Assembly: GCA_035525285.1 (NCBI GenBank)
Contig: DATLFB010000033.1
Location: 4,365-68,364, forward strand
Length of the DNA stretch: 64,000 nucleotides
Direction: 5' to 3'
From: Thermoanaerobaculia bacterium
GTDB lineage: Bacteria; Acidobacteriota; Thermoanaerobaculia; Gp7-AA8
Below are positions 1 to 8,019 of the stretch, piece after piece; the first letter of the stretch is position 1, and each line of letters begins with the position of its first letter. Below the pieces are notes generated by a model. The model had not been told where the DNA came from, did no database searches, and saw only the letters and a list, made by a program, of their open reading frames with translations. The position numbers and the translations under genes were made by a program.

Positions 1-877
1 CGCTCGAGGCGGATCTGCGGGCGGTAGTCGACGCGCGCGGTGCCGACGAAGAAGCCGACCTGCTCGGGCTGCACGTTCGGGAAGCGGTGGCGCGTCGCGT
101 CGATCAGTTTCAGTCGAATATCGGCGGCGATCCGCTCCGACGCATTCTCGTCGGAGAGATCCTGCCCGCGCGTTTCGTAGAAGACGAGGAAGCTCGAGCC
201 GCCCGTGCGATGACAGGTGACGATCGCGTTGCGGAAGCGCTTCTTCGATTCGGCGGCGATGATCTGGCCGACGTTGCACAGCAGTTCGTCGAAGAACGCC
301 CAGCCGTATTCCGCTTCGATGGCCTCGATCTGTTCGATGTCGATGAAGACGATGCCGATCTCGCCCTGCTCGATGAGGATCTCTTTCACGCGGTCGAGGA
401 CGATGGGAAGCGTCGGGAGCGCTGTCGCGCGGTCGAGGAGCATCGACTCGAGTGCGGAACGCCCCGCGAGCTCCCCCTCGCCTGCTTCTTCGCGCGCTTT
501 CTTCAGCACCGCGCCGACGCGCTTGAGCACTTCGTTGCGGTCGAAGGGTTTGACGAGGTAGTCGTCTGCGCCGACCTGCAGGCCGGTGAGGCGGTCCTTC
601 ACGTCGCCGCGGCCGGTGATGAGGATGACGCCGATGTGCGCGGTACGCTGCATGGCCTTCAGCGCCTGGCAGACTTCCCACCCGCTGCGCTTGGGCATCA
701 TCACGTCGAGAAGGACGGCGTCCGGCAACCGCGCCTGCGCGACCGCGAGCGCGTCTTCGCCGTCGCGCGCGACGAGGATCTCGGCCTCGAGGGGACGAAG
801 ATACGTCCGCAACAGCGCTGCGACTTCTTCGTCGTCATCCGCGATCAGCACGACCGGCCGGGACATCTGGCGGGATG
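1..877 (-). CDS. Response regulator, REC domain fused to a degenerate GGDEF-like domain (C-terminus runs off the window)
   Basis: Minus-strand translation from ATG at 877: MSRPVVLIADDDEEVAALLRTYL...DAVLLDVMMPKRSGWEVC...GADDYLVKPF (CheY-like receiver), then ...RTGGSSFLVFYETR (GGDEF-like with a degenerate motif). Not in the ORF track because there is no in-window stop. Confidence 0.6.
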
Positions 878-895
878 ATTGCGGAAAACAGGCCA

Positions 896-1020
896 GGGGG
901 CAATGGGGGGCGGGGCCGGGGTTGCCCGGTTTCCCGGTTGCCCGGTGAGTGGATGCTCGTTCATCGCGTGCGCCTCGTCCACCGGGTAACCGGGCTACCG
1001 GGAAACCGGGCAACCGTTGT
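896..1020. repeat. Palindromic element, family I (GGTTGCCCGGTTTCCCGGT...ACCGGGAAACCGGGCAACC)
   Basis: Inverted-repeat arms built from CCCGGTT/AACCGGG units, between a divergent gene pair. The same element recurs at 2878, 9210, 26805, 38868 and 52718. Confidence 0.8.
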
Positions 1021-1060
1021 GCTAACGTTCCCTCCCCGCAGCGGAGAGGCGCAAAGCACC

Positions 1061-2467
1061 ATGATCAAATTCGGCACCTCGGGTTGGCGCGGCATCATCG
1101 GCGAGGATTTCACGTTCGAGAACGTGCGCGTCGCGACTCAGGGAATCGCGAATCACCTGAAGAAAACGAAGCAGCAGGGGTCGGGTGTGATCGTCGCGTA
1201 CGACACGCGATTCCTCTCCGAGAAGTTTGCCGCCGAGGCGGCGAAGATTTTTGCCTTCAACGACATCAAGGCGTTTCTCTGCACGCGGGACGTGCCGACG
1301 CCGTGCGTTGCGTTCGAGACGATCCGACGCAAGGCGATGGGTGCGGTCAACTTCACCGCGTCGCACAATCCGCCCGAGTACAACGGCCTGAAGTTCTCGA
1401 CCGCGAACGGCGCGCCCGCGCTGCCGGAAGTCACGAAGCAGATCGAGCGCGAGATCCACGCGGTGCAGCAGAAGAACGAGCGGCTCGACGTCTACGAGAA
1501 GACGGAGCTGATCGAGGAGATCGATCCGAAGGACCGTTACCTCACCGAGCTGCGGCAGAAGGTCGATGTCGACGTGATTCGCAAGAGCGGCCTGCGCATC
1601 GCGATCGATTCTCTCTTCGGCACGTCGCGCGACTACCTCGACTACTTCCTGCTCGAGGCGGGAGTCGAGGTGAAGATCATCCACAACTATCGCGACCCGT
1701 ACTTCGGCGGCTTCTCCCCAGAATGCAATGAGAAGAATCTCAGCGAGCTGCGCAAGGTGGTGACGGACGAGAAATTCGATCTCGGACTGGCGACCGACGG
1801 CGATGCCGACCGCTTCGGGATCATCGATGATCGCAATCGCTTCGTCGCGCCGAACACGATCCTGGCGCTGCTCTCGGTTTACCTGAAGCGCTTCCGCAAC
1901 ATCCCCGGCGGCCTGGCGCGCTCTGTGGCGACGACGCATCTGATGGACGCGATCGCGCGCAAGCTCGACGTGCCGCTGTACGAGACGCCGGTCGGTTTCA
2001 AGTACATCGGCGAGCTCATTCTCGCCGACAAGATCGCCCTCGGCGGCGAGGAGAGCGCCGGCATGTCGATGTACCGCCATCTGCCGGAGAAGGACGGCGT
2101 GCTCGCGTGCCTGCTCGTGGCGGAGATGGTCGCGCGCACCGGGAAGAAGATCGGACAGCTGGTCGAGGAGACGCACGCGGAGTTCGGCCCCTACTTCTCG
2201 AAGCGCATCGATCTGAAGCTCACCCCGCAGCTGAAGGAGTCGCTCGCGGCGAAGCTCGACGATCCGCCGAAGCAGATCGACGGCATGACCGTGCGCGACG
2301 TGAACACGACCGACGGCGTGAAGCTGATCTTCAACGATCAGACGTGGCTGCTGTTCCGGTTGTCCGGAACCGAGCCCGTCGCGCGCGTGTACGCGGAAGC
2401 GTGCAGCCCGAAGGATCTGAAGCACGTGCTCGACGCTGGCCGGAAGTTCGTAGCGCCGGGAGGATGA
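1061..2467 (+). CDS. Phosphoglucomutase/phosphomannomutase family protein (alpha-D-phosphohexomutase)
   Basis: MIKFGTSGWRG...TASHNPPEYNGLKF (active-site Ser motif)...GGEESAG. GGAGAGG ribosome-binding site upstream of ATG 1061. The ORF-track start at 875 is an upstream extension through the hairpin. Confidence 0.85.
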   Translation: MIKFGTSGWRGIIGEDFTFENVRVATQGIANHLKKTKQQGSGVIVAYDTRFLSEKFAAEAAKIFAFNDIKAFLCTRDVPTPCVAFETIRRKAMGAVNFTASHNPPEYNGLKFSTANGAPALPEVTKQIEREIHAVQQKNERLDVYEKTELIEEIDPKDRYLTELRQKVDVDVIRKSGLRIAIDSLFGTSRDYLDYFLLEAGVEVKIIHNYRDPYFGGFSPECNEKNLSELRKVVTDEKFDLGLATDGDADRFGIIDDRNRFVAPNTILALLSVYLKRFRNIPGGLARSVATTHLMDAIARKLDVPLYETPVGFKYIGELILADKIALGGEESAGMSMYRHLPEKDGVLACLLVAEMVARTGKKIGQLVEETHAEFGPYFSKRIDLKLTPQLKESLAAKLDDPPKQIDGMTVRDVNTTDGVKLIFNDQTWLLFRLSGTEPVARVYAEACSPKDLKHVLDAGRKFVAPGG

Positions 2468-2471
2468 GTCG

Positions 2472-2553
2472 GAATTGAGAATTGAAAATTGAAAATTGAA
2501 AAAACCGGAGAGTCGCTTTCATTTTTCAATTTTCAATTTTCAATTTTCAATTT
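2472..2553. repeat. Heptamer-tandem hairpin, family A: (AAATTGA)x4 - loop - (TCAATTT)x4
   Basis: gaattgagaattgaaaattgaaaattgaaaa...tttttcaattttcaattttcaattttcaattt. Sits in the gap between pgm and the ferredoxin gene. Likely an intrinsic-terminator-like hairpin. Confidence 0.85.
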
Positions 2554-2559
2554 GCACTC

Positions 2560-2877
2560 ATGAAATATCCCTTCGAAAAGCACTTCGTCATCTGCATCGG
2601 AAAGGACTGCAACCGTCTCGACCGCGGCATCGAGCGTGGCGCGTGCATCCAGGAAGAGCTGAAGGCGCACAACAAAGAGATCGGCCGGAAGCCGGCGATC
2701 CGCGTCTGCACGGTTTCGTGTCTCGACCTCTGCGACTACGGGCCGAACATGATCGTGTATCCCGAGGGGACCGTGTACGGACATCTGACCCGCGAGCTCG
2801 CGCGTAAGGTGTATGACGGGGAGACGGGGGATGGGCCGAAGCGGCCGGATCTGGAGTTGGAGTTGCCGAAGACCTAG
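2560..2877 (+). CDS. Thioredoxin-like [2Fe-2S] ferredoxin
   Basis: 105 aa; Cys pattern ICIGKDC ... CTVSCLDLCDYGP typical of the thioredoxin-like 2Fe-2S ferredoxin / NuoE-like fold. Confidence 0.65.
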   Translation: MKYPFEKHFVICIGKDCNRLDRGIERGACIQEELKAHNKEIGRKPAIRVCTVSCLDLCDYGPNMIVYPEGTVYGHLTRELARKVYDGETGDGPKRPDLELELPKT

Positions 2878-2950
2878 GTTGCCCGGTTACCCGGTTGCCC
2901 AGTTGCCCGGTGGGGTTCACTGGGAAACCGAGTGACCGGGCAACCGGGCA
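2878..2950. repeat. Palindromic element, family I
   Basis: ttgcccggttacccggttgcccagttgcccggtg...cactgggaaaccgagtgaccgggcaaccgggcaacc. Confidence 0.8.
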
Positions 2951-2998
2951 ACCCCATCGTGTACACTCCCCCGCAATCTGAAACGAAGAGGCCCCCGC

Positions 2999-3556
2999 AT
3001 GCTTCGCACCCTCGCGATTCTTCTGCTCGCAATCACCCCGCTCGCCCACGCGCAGCTCATCAACCGCGTCAACGTGTACGGCACGGCCGGGAAGAGCATG
3101 ACGAACTGGCATGGCCAGGCGGATCTCGCGACGGTGAATTTCGAATTCGATCACGCGATCTCGCCGCGGTGGGAGTTCGGCGTGGCGCTTGCGCCGATGA
3201 CGATCGAGCAGCCGCGCAGCTGGTTCGGGAATGAGTTCGGCGAGGGTAACGAGAAAGTGCAGGCGATCGGCACGGCGCTCATTGCGCGGCGCAACTTCTT
3301 TACCGATTCCGCGCGCGCGAGCATGTACGTCGAGATCTCCAGCGGTCCGATGTGGTCGGAGAAGCGCGTCCCCGCCTCGACCTCGCACTTCAACTTCCTT
3401 TCCTCGGGTGGCGTCGGCGTCGTGCTGCGTCCGCAACAGCGCTATCCGGTCATCGTCGGCGTCCGCTTCGGCCACATCTCGAACGGCGGGTACTCGGATC
3501 GCAACCCGGGGCTGAACATCTCGTCGCTGGTGATCGGCACCCGTTTCCGACGGTGA
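2999..3556 (+). CDS. PagL-like lipid A deacylase / acyloxyacyl hydrolase family outer-membrane protein
   Basis: Signal peptide MLRTLAILLLAITPLAHA. C-terminal ...VGVRFGHISNGG resembles the PagL His/Ser (HxSNG) catalytic motif. Confidence 0.5.
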   Translation: MLRTLAILLLAITPLAHAQLINRVNVYGTAGKSMTNWHGQADLATVNFEFDHAISPRWEFGVALAPMTIEQPRSWFGNEFGEGNEKVQAIGTALIARRNFFTDSARASMYVEISSGPMWSEKRVPASTSHFNFLSSGGVGVVLRPQQRYPVIVGVRFGHISNGGYSDRNPGLNISSLVIGTRFRR

Positions 3557-4125
3557 GACGACTTCTCCTTGCGCTGTTCGTCGCCGGTGCTGCGCTCGCG
3601 CAGGATCCGGAGTTCGTGCGGATGTGGGAGGAGGCGCAACAGCAGCGGCCTCGCTCGGTTGCCTCCGACGCGCGCATCGCTCCGCCGAACGAACCAGGCA
3701 CACCGCTCGTGGTTCATGGCCGCTTGTTTCAACGCAATGGCGCGACGCCGGTCGCGGGAGTGATCGTGTTCGCGTACCAGACGGATCGCACCGGCGTGTA
3801 CAACCGCAACAACGTGCGCGGATGGCGGCTGCGCGGCTGGGCGCGCACCGACGCCGAGGGACGCTTCACGTTCCGCACGATCCGTCCTGGAACATATCCG
3901 AATCGAAGCGCGCCCGCGCACATTCATCTCTCGATCCAGGGACCGGGCATGCCGCGGCGATGGACGAACGAAGTGCAGTTCGCGGATGACGCGCTGCACA
4001 CGCCGCGTGCGCGACGCGAGTCGGAAGCGGCGGGCGCGTTCGGATCGATCCGACCGGTGACGACGCGCGGGGGCGTGCAGCACGTCGAATTCCATTTGCG
4101 GCTCGAGGAAACGGGATTGTTTTGA
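3553..4125 (+). CDS. Secreted intradiol ring-cleavage dioxygenase-like protein
   Basis: GTG start overlaps the upstream stop (GTGA). Signal peptide, then ...TDAEGRFTFRTIRPGTYPNRSAPAHIHLSI, resembling the intradiol dioxygenase core (DxxGxYxFxTIxPGxYP...HIHF). Confidence 0.5.
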   Translation: MRRLLLALFVAGAALAQDPEFVRMWEEAQQQRPRSVASDARIAPPNEPGTPLVVHGRLFQRNGATPVAGVIVFAYQTDRTGVYNRNNVRGWRLRGWARTDAEGRFTFRTIRPGTYPNRSAPAHIHLSIQGPGMPRRWTNEVQFADDALHTPRARRESEAAGAFGSIRPVTTRGGVQHVEFHLRLEETGLF

Positions 4126-4177
4126 GGAGGGCGGACGTCCCGTCCGCCACTTCGGCGGACGGGACGTCCGCCCTCCT
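4126..4177. repeat. Palindrome family G (GGAGGGCGGACGTCCCGTCCGCC ... GGCGGACGGGACGTCCGCCCTCC)
   Basis: Sits between the convergent dioxygenase (+) and ftsY (-) genes. A bidirectional-terminator-like GC hairpin. Copies at 7407, 49305 and 58193. Confidence 0.8.
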
Positions 4178-5101
4178 TTACTCGAAGAGCGTGTCCACGT
4201 AGGTCTGCGGATCGAACGGGATCAGGTCATCCGCCCCCTCGCCCACCCCGACGAACTTCACCGGGATGTCGAACTGGCGCATGATCGAGAGGATCACGCC
4301 GCCTTTCGCGGTGCCGTCGAGCTTCGTGACGATCATGCCCGTCACCTTCGCCGCTTCGAGAAACGCGGCGGCCTGACTGACGCCGTTCTGGCCGGTCGTG
4401 CCGTCGAGCACGAGCAGCGTCTCGTGCGGCGCGCCGGGGAGCTCTTTGTCGATCACGCGATGGATCTTCGAAAGCTCCTGCATCAGATGCGATTTGTTGT
4501 GCAGGCGGCCGGCGGTGTCGATGAGCACGACGTCGGCATTGCGCGACTTCGCGGCGGAGACGGAGTCGTGCGCGACGGCAGCAGGATCCGAGCCGGCCTT
4601 GTGCTTCACGAGCGGTACGCCGATGCGATCTGCCCACATCTGCAGCTGCTCGATCGCGGCGGCGCGGAAGGTGTCGGCGGCGCCGAGGATCACGCTCTTC
4701 CCTTCGCTCTTCCAGCGTGAGGCGAGTTTGGCGATCGTCGTCGTCTTCCCGGTGCCGTTCACGCCGACGACGAGGATCACGAACGGCTTCGCGCGCGAGA
4801 GGTCGATCGTCTGCGCCGTGCGCTGCGGGATGAGCGCGCGCGTCTCGTGGCGGATCACTTCCGTGAGCCGCTCCATCTTCGTGATCTTCTCGTCGCGCAC
4901 GCGCTGCTCGACGCGCTCGACGAGCGAGGCCGTGAGCTCCGCGCCGACGTCGGCGCCGAGCAGGCCTTCCTCGAGGCCATCGATCGCGGATTGATCGATC
5001 GGAAGGTCGGGAGTCATCGACTCCTTCACCTTGTCGATGATCTCGGTGTGGGTCATGAAGAGCCCACGTTTGAGTTTGTCGAAGAGTGATTTTTCAGCCA
5101 T
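4178..5101 (-). CDS. ftsY: Signal recognition particle receptor FtsY
   Basis: LVVGVNGTGKTTTIAKLA...DTAGRLHNK...TKLDGTAKGG (SRP GTPase G1-G5 motifs). Confidence 0.9.
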   Translation of the reverse strand: MAEKSLFDKLKRGLFMTHTEIIDKVKESMTPDLPIDQSAIDGLEEGLLGADVGAELTASLVERVEQRVRDEKITKMERLTEVIRHETRALIPQRTAQTIDLSRAKPFVILVVGVNGTGKTTTIAKLASRWKSEGKSVILGAADTFRAAAIEQLQMWADRIGVPLVKHKAGSDPAAVAHDSVSAAKSRNADVVLIDTAGRLHNKSHLMQELSKIHRVIDKELPGAPHETLLVLDGTTGQNGVSQAAAFLEAAKVTGMIVTKLDGTAKGGVILSIMRQFDIPVKFVGVGEGADDLIPFDPQTYVDTLFE

Positions 5102-5111
5102 GCCTGTCTCG

Positions 5112-5210
5112 AGCGATGAGCGATGAACGATGAACGATGAACGATGAACGATGAACGATGAATCAGATCATCGATCATCGTTCATCGTTCATCGTTCATC
5201 GTTCATCGTT
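5112..5210. repeat. Heptamer-tandem hairpin, family D: (GATGAAC/CGATGAA)x5 - loop - (TTCATCG)x4
   Basis: gagcgatgaacgatgaacgatgaacgatgaacgatgaatcagatcatcgatcatcgttcatcgttcatcgttcatcgttcatcg. Confidence 0.85.
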
Positions 5211-6273
5211 TCGAGCTCCCGCTCTCCCTCGCCGCAATCGCCCTCTTCACCATCTCCTCATCGATCGTCAGCGCGCCGCTGCTGGTGGGCTCGAACTCCA
5301 GGTTCCGGATCACGCGCCGGTACGTCTCACGCAACGCTCGCGCGCCGAGGCGTTTCTGCCGCGAAGCGTCCCACGCGATGGCGATCAGCGCGCCGCGGGT
5401 GATCTGCAGATCGACGCCGAAGCGGCGGAAGTATTCGCGCGAGGTCCGAAAGATCGACGCCTCGGGCTCGACGAAGATGCGCGCGAGATCCGATTCGCCG
5501 AGGTCGTTGAGGACGATGATCGACTCGAAGCGCGAGATGAACTGCGGGGTCATGCCGTAGCGGAAGAGGTCGTCGTATTTGAGGTAGTCGCCGAGATGGA
5601 ACGGCAGCTCTTCGCGCACTTCCCCCGAGGCGGAGACGACGACGACCGGCTTCATCGCCACGACGTCCTGTCCGAGAGTGGCGCGGCGGAGCACGTTGTC
5701 GTAGAGCTCCTCGAACGCGCCGCCGGCGACGAAGAGGATGTGCGAGGAGTTGATGGCGAAGGTCATCCCGTCGGCTTCGAACTCGACGGTCTCGTTCTCC
5801 ATCAGCGTGAGCAGCGCTTCCTGCGCGACGATGCCGCGCACGTTCGGCGCGCCGCTGACATTCGCGCGGATCTTGTCGACTTCGTCGATGAAGACGATGC
5901 CGCGCTCGACGCCGCGGATGATCTGTTCGGGCGTCGCGCCCGCGCCGAGCATCTTCCGCGCATTCGCGTACAACCGCCCCAGGACGACTTTCCCATACCC
6001 CTGCCGCTCCTCGGCCAGCACATTCGCGTTGAGCCGCACGACGTTCGCGAACTGACGTAACGTCTCCGAGGCCACGAGATACTGCTCGACGGCGCGCATG
6101 AGCGTGGTCTTGCCGGAGCCGGAGTTCCCGATCAGCAGAATGTTCGGCGCGGGCTGGCCGACCAGATGCTTCACGAGCGCGACGGCGATCTCGCGGATCG
6201 CATCGTCCTGGCCGACGACCGAGATGCGCAACGCTTCGAAGATGTCTTTGGGTATCAGGGAAGAGTCAGACAT
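5203..6273 (-). CDS. AAA+ ATPase, ClpX/HslU-like (no N-terminal zinc-binding domain)
   Basis: VVGQDDAIREIAVAL...NILLIGNSGSGKTTLMRA (Walker A)...IVFIDEVDKI (Walker B)...ALLTLMEN. Confidence 0.6.
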   Translation of the reverse strand: MSDSSLIPKDIFEALRISVVGQDDAIREIAVALVKHLVGQPAPNILLIGNSGSGKTTLMRAVEQYLVASETLRQFANVVRLNANVLAEERQGYGKVVLGRLYANARKMLGAGATPEQIIRGVERGIVFIDEVDKIRANVSGAPNVRGIVAQEALLTLMENETVEFEADGMTFAINSSHILFVAGGAFEELYDNVLRRATLGQDVVAMKPVVVVSASGEVREELPFHLGDYLKYDDLFRYGMTPQFISRFESIIVLNDLGESDLARIFVEPEASIFRTSREYFRRFGVDLQITRGALIAIAWDASRQKRLGARALRETYRRVIRNLEFEPTSSGALTIDEEMVKRAIAARESGSSKR

Positions 6274-6299
6274 GCGCGGCGCGAATCGTAGCCGGACGG

Positions 6300-6430
6300 A
6301 GGGTAAAAGGTAAAAGGTAAAAGGTAGCCGGGGGAGGGTAAAAGGTAAAAGGTAAAAGGTAAAAGTGGCTCCGCCATTCGGCGCGCTTGCCGTTTTGCCT
6401 TTTACCTTTTTCCTTTTTCCTTTTACCTCT
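6300..6430. repeat. Heptamer-tandem hairpin, family B: (GGTAAAA)x3 + (GGTAAAA)x4 - loop - (TTTTNCC)x5
   Basis: gggtaaaaggtaaaaggtaaaaggtagccgggggagggtaaaaggtaaaaggtaaaaggtaaaag...ttttgccttttacctttttcctttttccttttacc. Confidence 0.85.
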
Positions 6431-6434
6431 CGGC

Positions 6435-7052
6435 CTAAGGCACAAAGGACGCAACGATCACGATCAACAACAACGCCGCAACGCCGGCCGCAATCCAGAG
6501 TGCCTGCACCGTCGGCTTGTGCATGTCCACCGTCTCGCGGCGTTCGCCGAGGAGGTACTGGAGATATTCGACGCGGGGCTTCATCACGCCGATTTTTTCC
6601 TCGACGTTGGGGTAGAGCACTTCGTTGATGCCGGGGACGATGACGACCGGGATCGAGGTCGCGCCGCCCTGGCGGTTGATGTAGTTGGCGAGCGGCACGT
6701 TATGCGGCGAGTCGGTGGAGACGACGAGGCAGTGATAGACGGTCGTCGGCTGCAGCACGGACAACACGGTCTGCACGATCGACTTCGCGCTGTACGTCTG
6801 CACGACCGACTCCGAGGTCTGGCGGAGGATGCGCTCGTTCAGCTCGGGGACCCGCGTGAAGATGAAGATCGTCTCGCCACGGGTCATCGGCAGCTTCTCT
6901 TCGCGGCGGTAAATCACCTCGCCGTACTCGTCCCACCACTCGGGACCCTGCTCGGTCGTGAATCCCTCTTCGCCGAGGCGGTCCATCAGACGAAGAACGG
7001 GATCGCTCCCTTCCGGCGACTCGATCGGCTTCTCAGCCTTGAGCTCTTGCAT
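6435..7052 (-). CDS. Hypothetical protein with a C-terminal transmembrane anchor, co-transcribed with a CheY-like receiver
   Basis: Start taken at MQELKAEKP (ATG 7052). C-terminal helix ALWIAAGVAALLLIVIVASFVP. No recognisable family. Confidence 0.4.
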   Translation of the reverse strand: MQELKAEKPIESPEGSDPVLRLMDRLGEEGFTTEQGPEWWDEYGEVIYRREEKLPMTRGETIFIFTRVPELNERILRQTSESVVQTYSAKSIVQTVLSVLQPTTVYHCLVVSTDSPHNVPLANYINRQGGATSIPVVIVPGINEVLYPNVEEKIGVMKPRVEYLQYLLGERRETVDMHKPTVQALWIAAGVAALLLIVIVASFVP

Positions 7053-7404
7053 ATTTATCGACGAGACGAATGAGATCCGCAAATTCAAAAGGCTTGCCCA
7101 TGTAGTCGTCCGCGCCGCAAACCCGCGCTTTCTCGGCGAGATCGAGGTCGCCGGAGAGGATGACGTACGGGATGTCGCGGGTCTCCGGCGTCGCCTTGAG
7201 CGTGCTGCAGAGCTGCTCGCCGCCCATCCCGCGAATCGTGAGGTCGGCGATGATCATCGCTGGCCTCGCCTCCTTCGCCCGCGCCAGCGCGCTGTTGCCG
7301 TCGGCGACGACGAGCGACTCGTGTCCGTGGCGCTGCAGCACGAGCGAGATCAGACGCGCGACCTGCGGATCGTCTTCGACCACGAGAATCAAAGTGCGCT
7401 CCAT
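7033..7404 (-). CDS. Single-domain response regulator (CheY-like receiver)
   Basis: MERTLILVVEDDPQVARL...MIIADLTIRGMGGEQL...GADDYMGKPF. Confidence 0.8.
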   Translation of the reverse strand: MERTLILVVEDDPQVARLISLVLQRHGHESLVVADGNSALARAKEARPAMIIADLTIRGMGGEQLCSTLKATPETRDIPYVILSGDLDLAEKARVCGADDYMGKPFEFADLIRLVDKYARAQG

Positions 7405-7406
7405 TG

Positions 7407-7463
7407 GAGGGCGGACGTCTCGTCCGCCCTGTTCACCAGGGGCGGACGGGACGTCCGCCCTCC
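7407..7463. repeat. Palindrome family G
   Basis: ggagggcggacgtctcgtccgccc...gggcggacgggacgtccgccctcc. Confidence 0.8.
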
Positions 7464-7939
7464 TAAATCGCGAATCGCACGCGAACGCTCTTGCGGGCGT
7501 GGCCGAGGGCCGCGCCGGCGAGAGCGCCGAAGGCGTTCGAGAGCGTGTCGTTGAGCGATGTGACGAGCGTCGGGAGCGACTGCTGCCAGAGATAGATCAT
7601 CGCCGCGAAGACCAGCGCGGCGAGAAATGTGATCGCGTACGTCCATTTGCGCGACCGCGAGGGCGCGTCGAGCGCGAGAAAGGCGAAGAAGCCCCACGGC
7701 ACGAACAGCAGCACGTTCGCGATCACCGGCATCAGAAACGCGAGCGCGGCGTGCCGCGAGAGAGGGCGATGGGAGCTGAGAAGGCGCGCCAGGAGCTCGC
7801 GGAACGGATGCGCGTCGGCGGCGTACGCTTTCCCGGAGAGAAAATAGATCAGCGCCGCCATCGCGGCGGTCGTCAGGAGCAGGAGCGCGATCGTGACCGG
7901 TTTGCGCACCGCCACGGTGTGAACCTGACGTTTTCCCAT
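7463..7939 (-). CDS. VanZ family membrane protein
   Basis: 158 aa, four predicted TM segments, ...LLFVPWGFFAFLAL... typical of VanZ-like proteins. Confidence 0.65.
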   Translation of the reverse strand: MGKRQVHTVAVRKPVTIALLLLTTAAMAALIYFLSGKAYAADAHPFRELLARLLSSHRPLSRHAALAFLMPVIANVLLFVPWGFFAFLALDAPSRSRKWTYAITFLAALVFAAMIYLWQQSLPTLVTSLNDTLSNAFGALAGAALGHARKSVRVRFAI

Positions 7940-8019
7940 GTCCGGTCATTATCGCGCGCATCGGCGAGGCTCAATTGCCAGTTTCATGCACAGCCGTACA
8001 CGGCTAAACTTTCAATCAC

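Noticed and set aside
87-948. Plus-strand ORFs 87..878, 217..561, 586..948
   Set aside because: Antisense to the REC/GGDEF-like regulator gene, whose translation shows clear receiver motifs.
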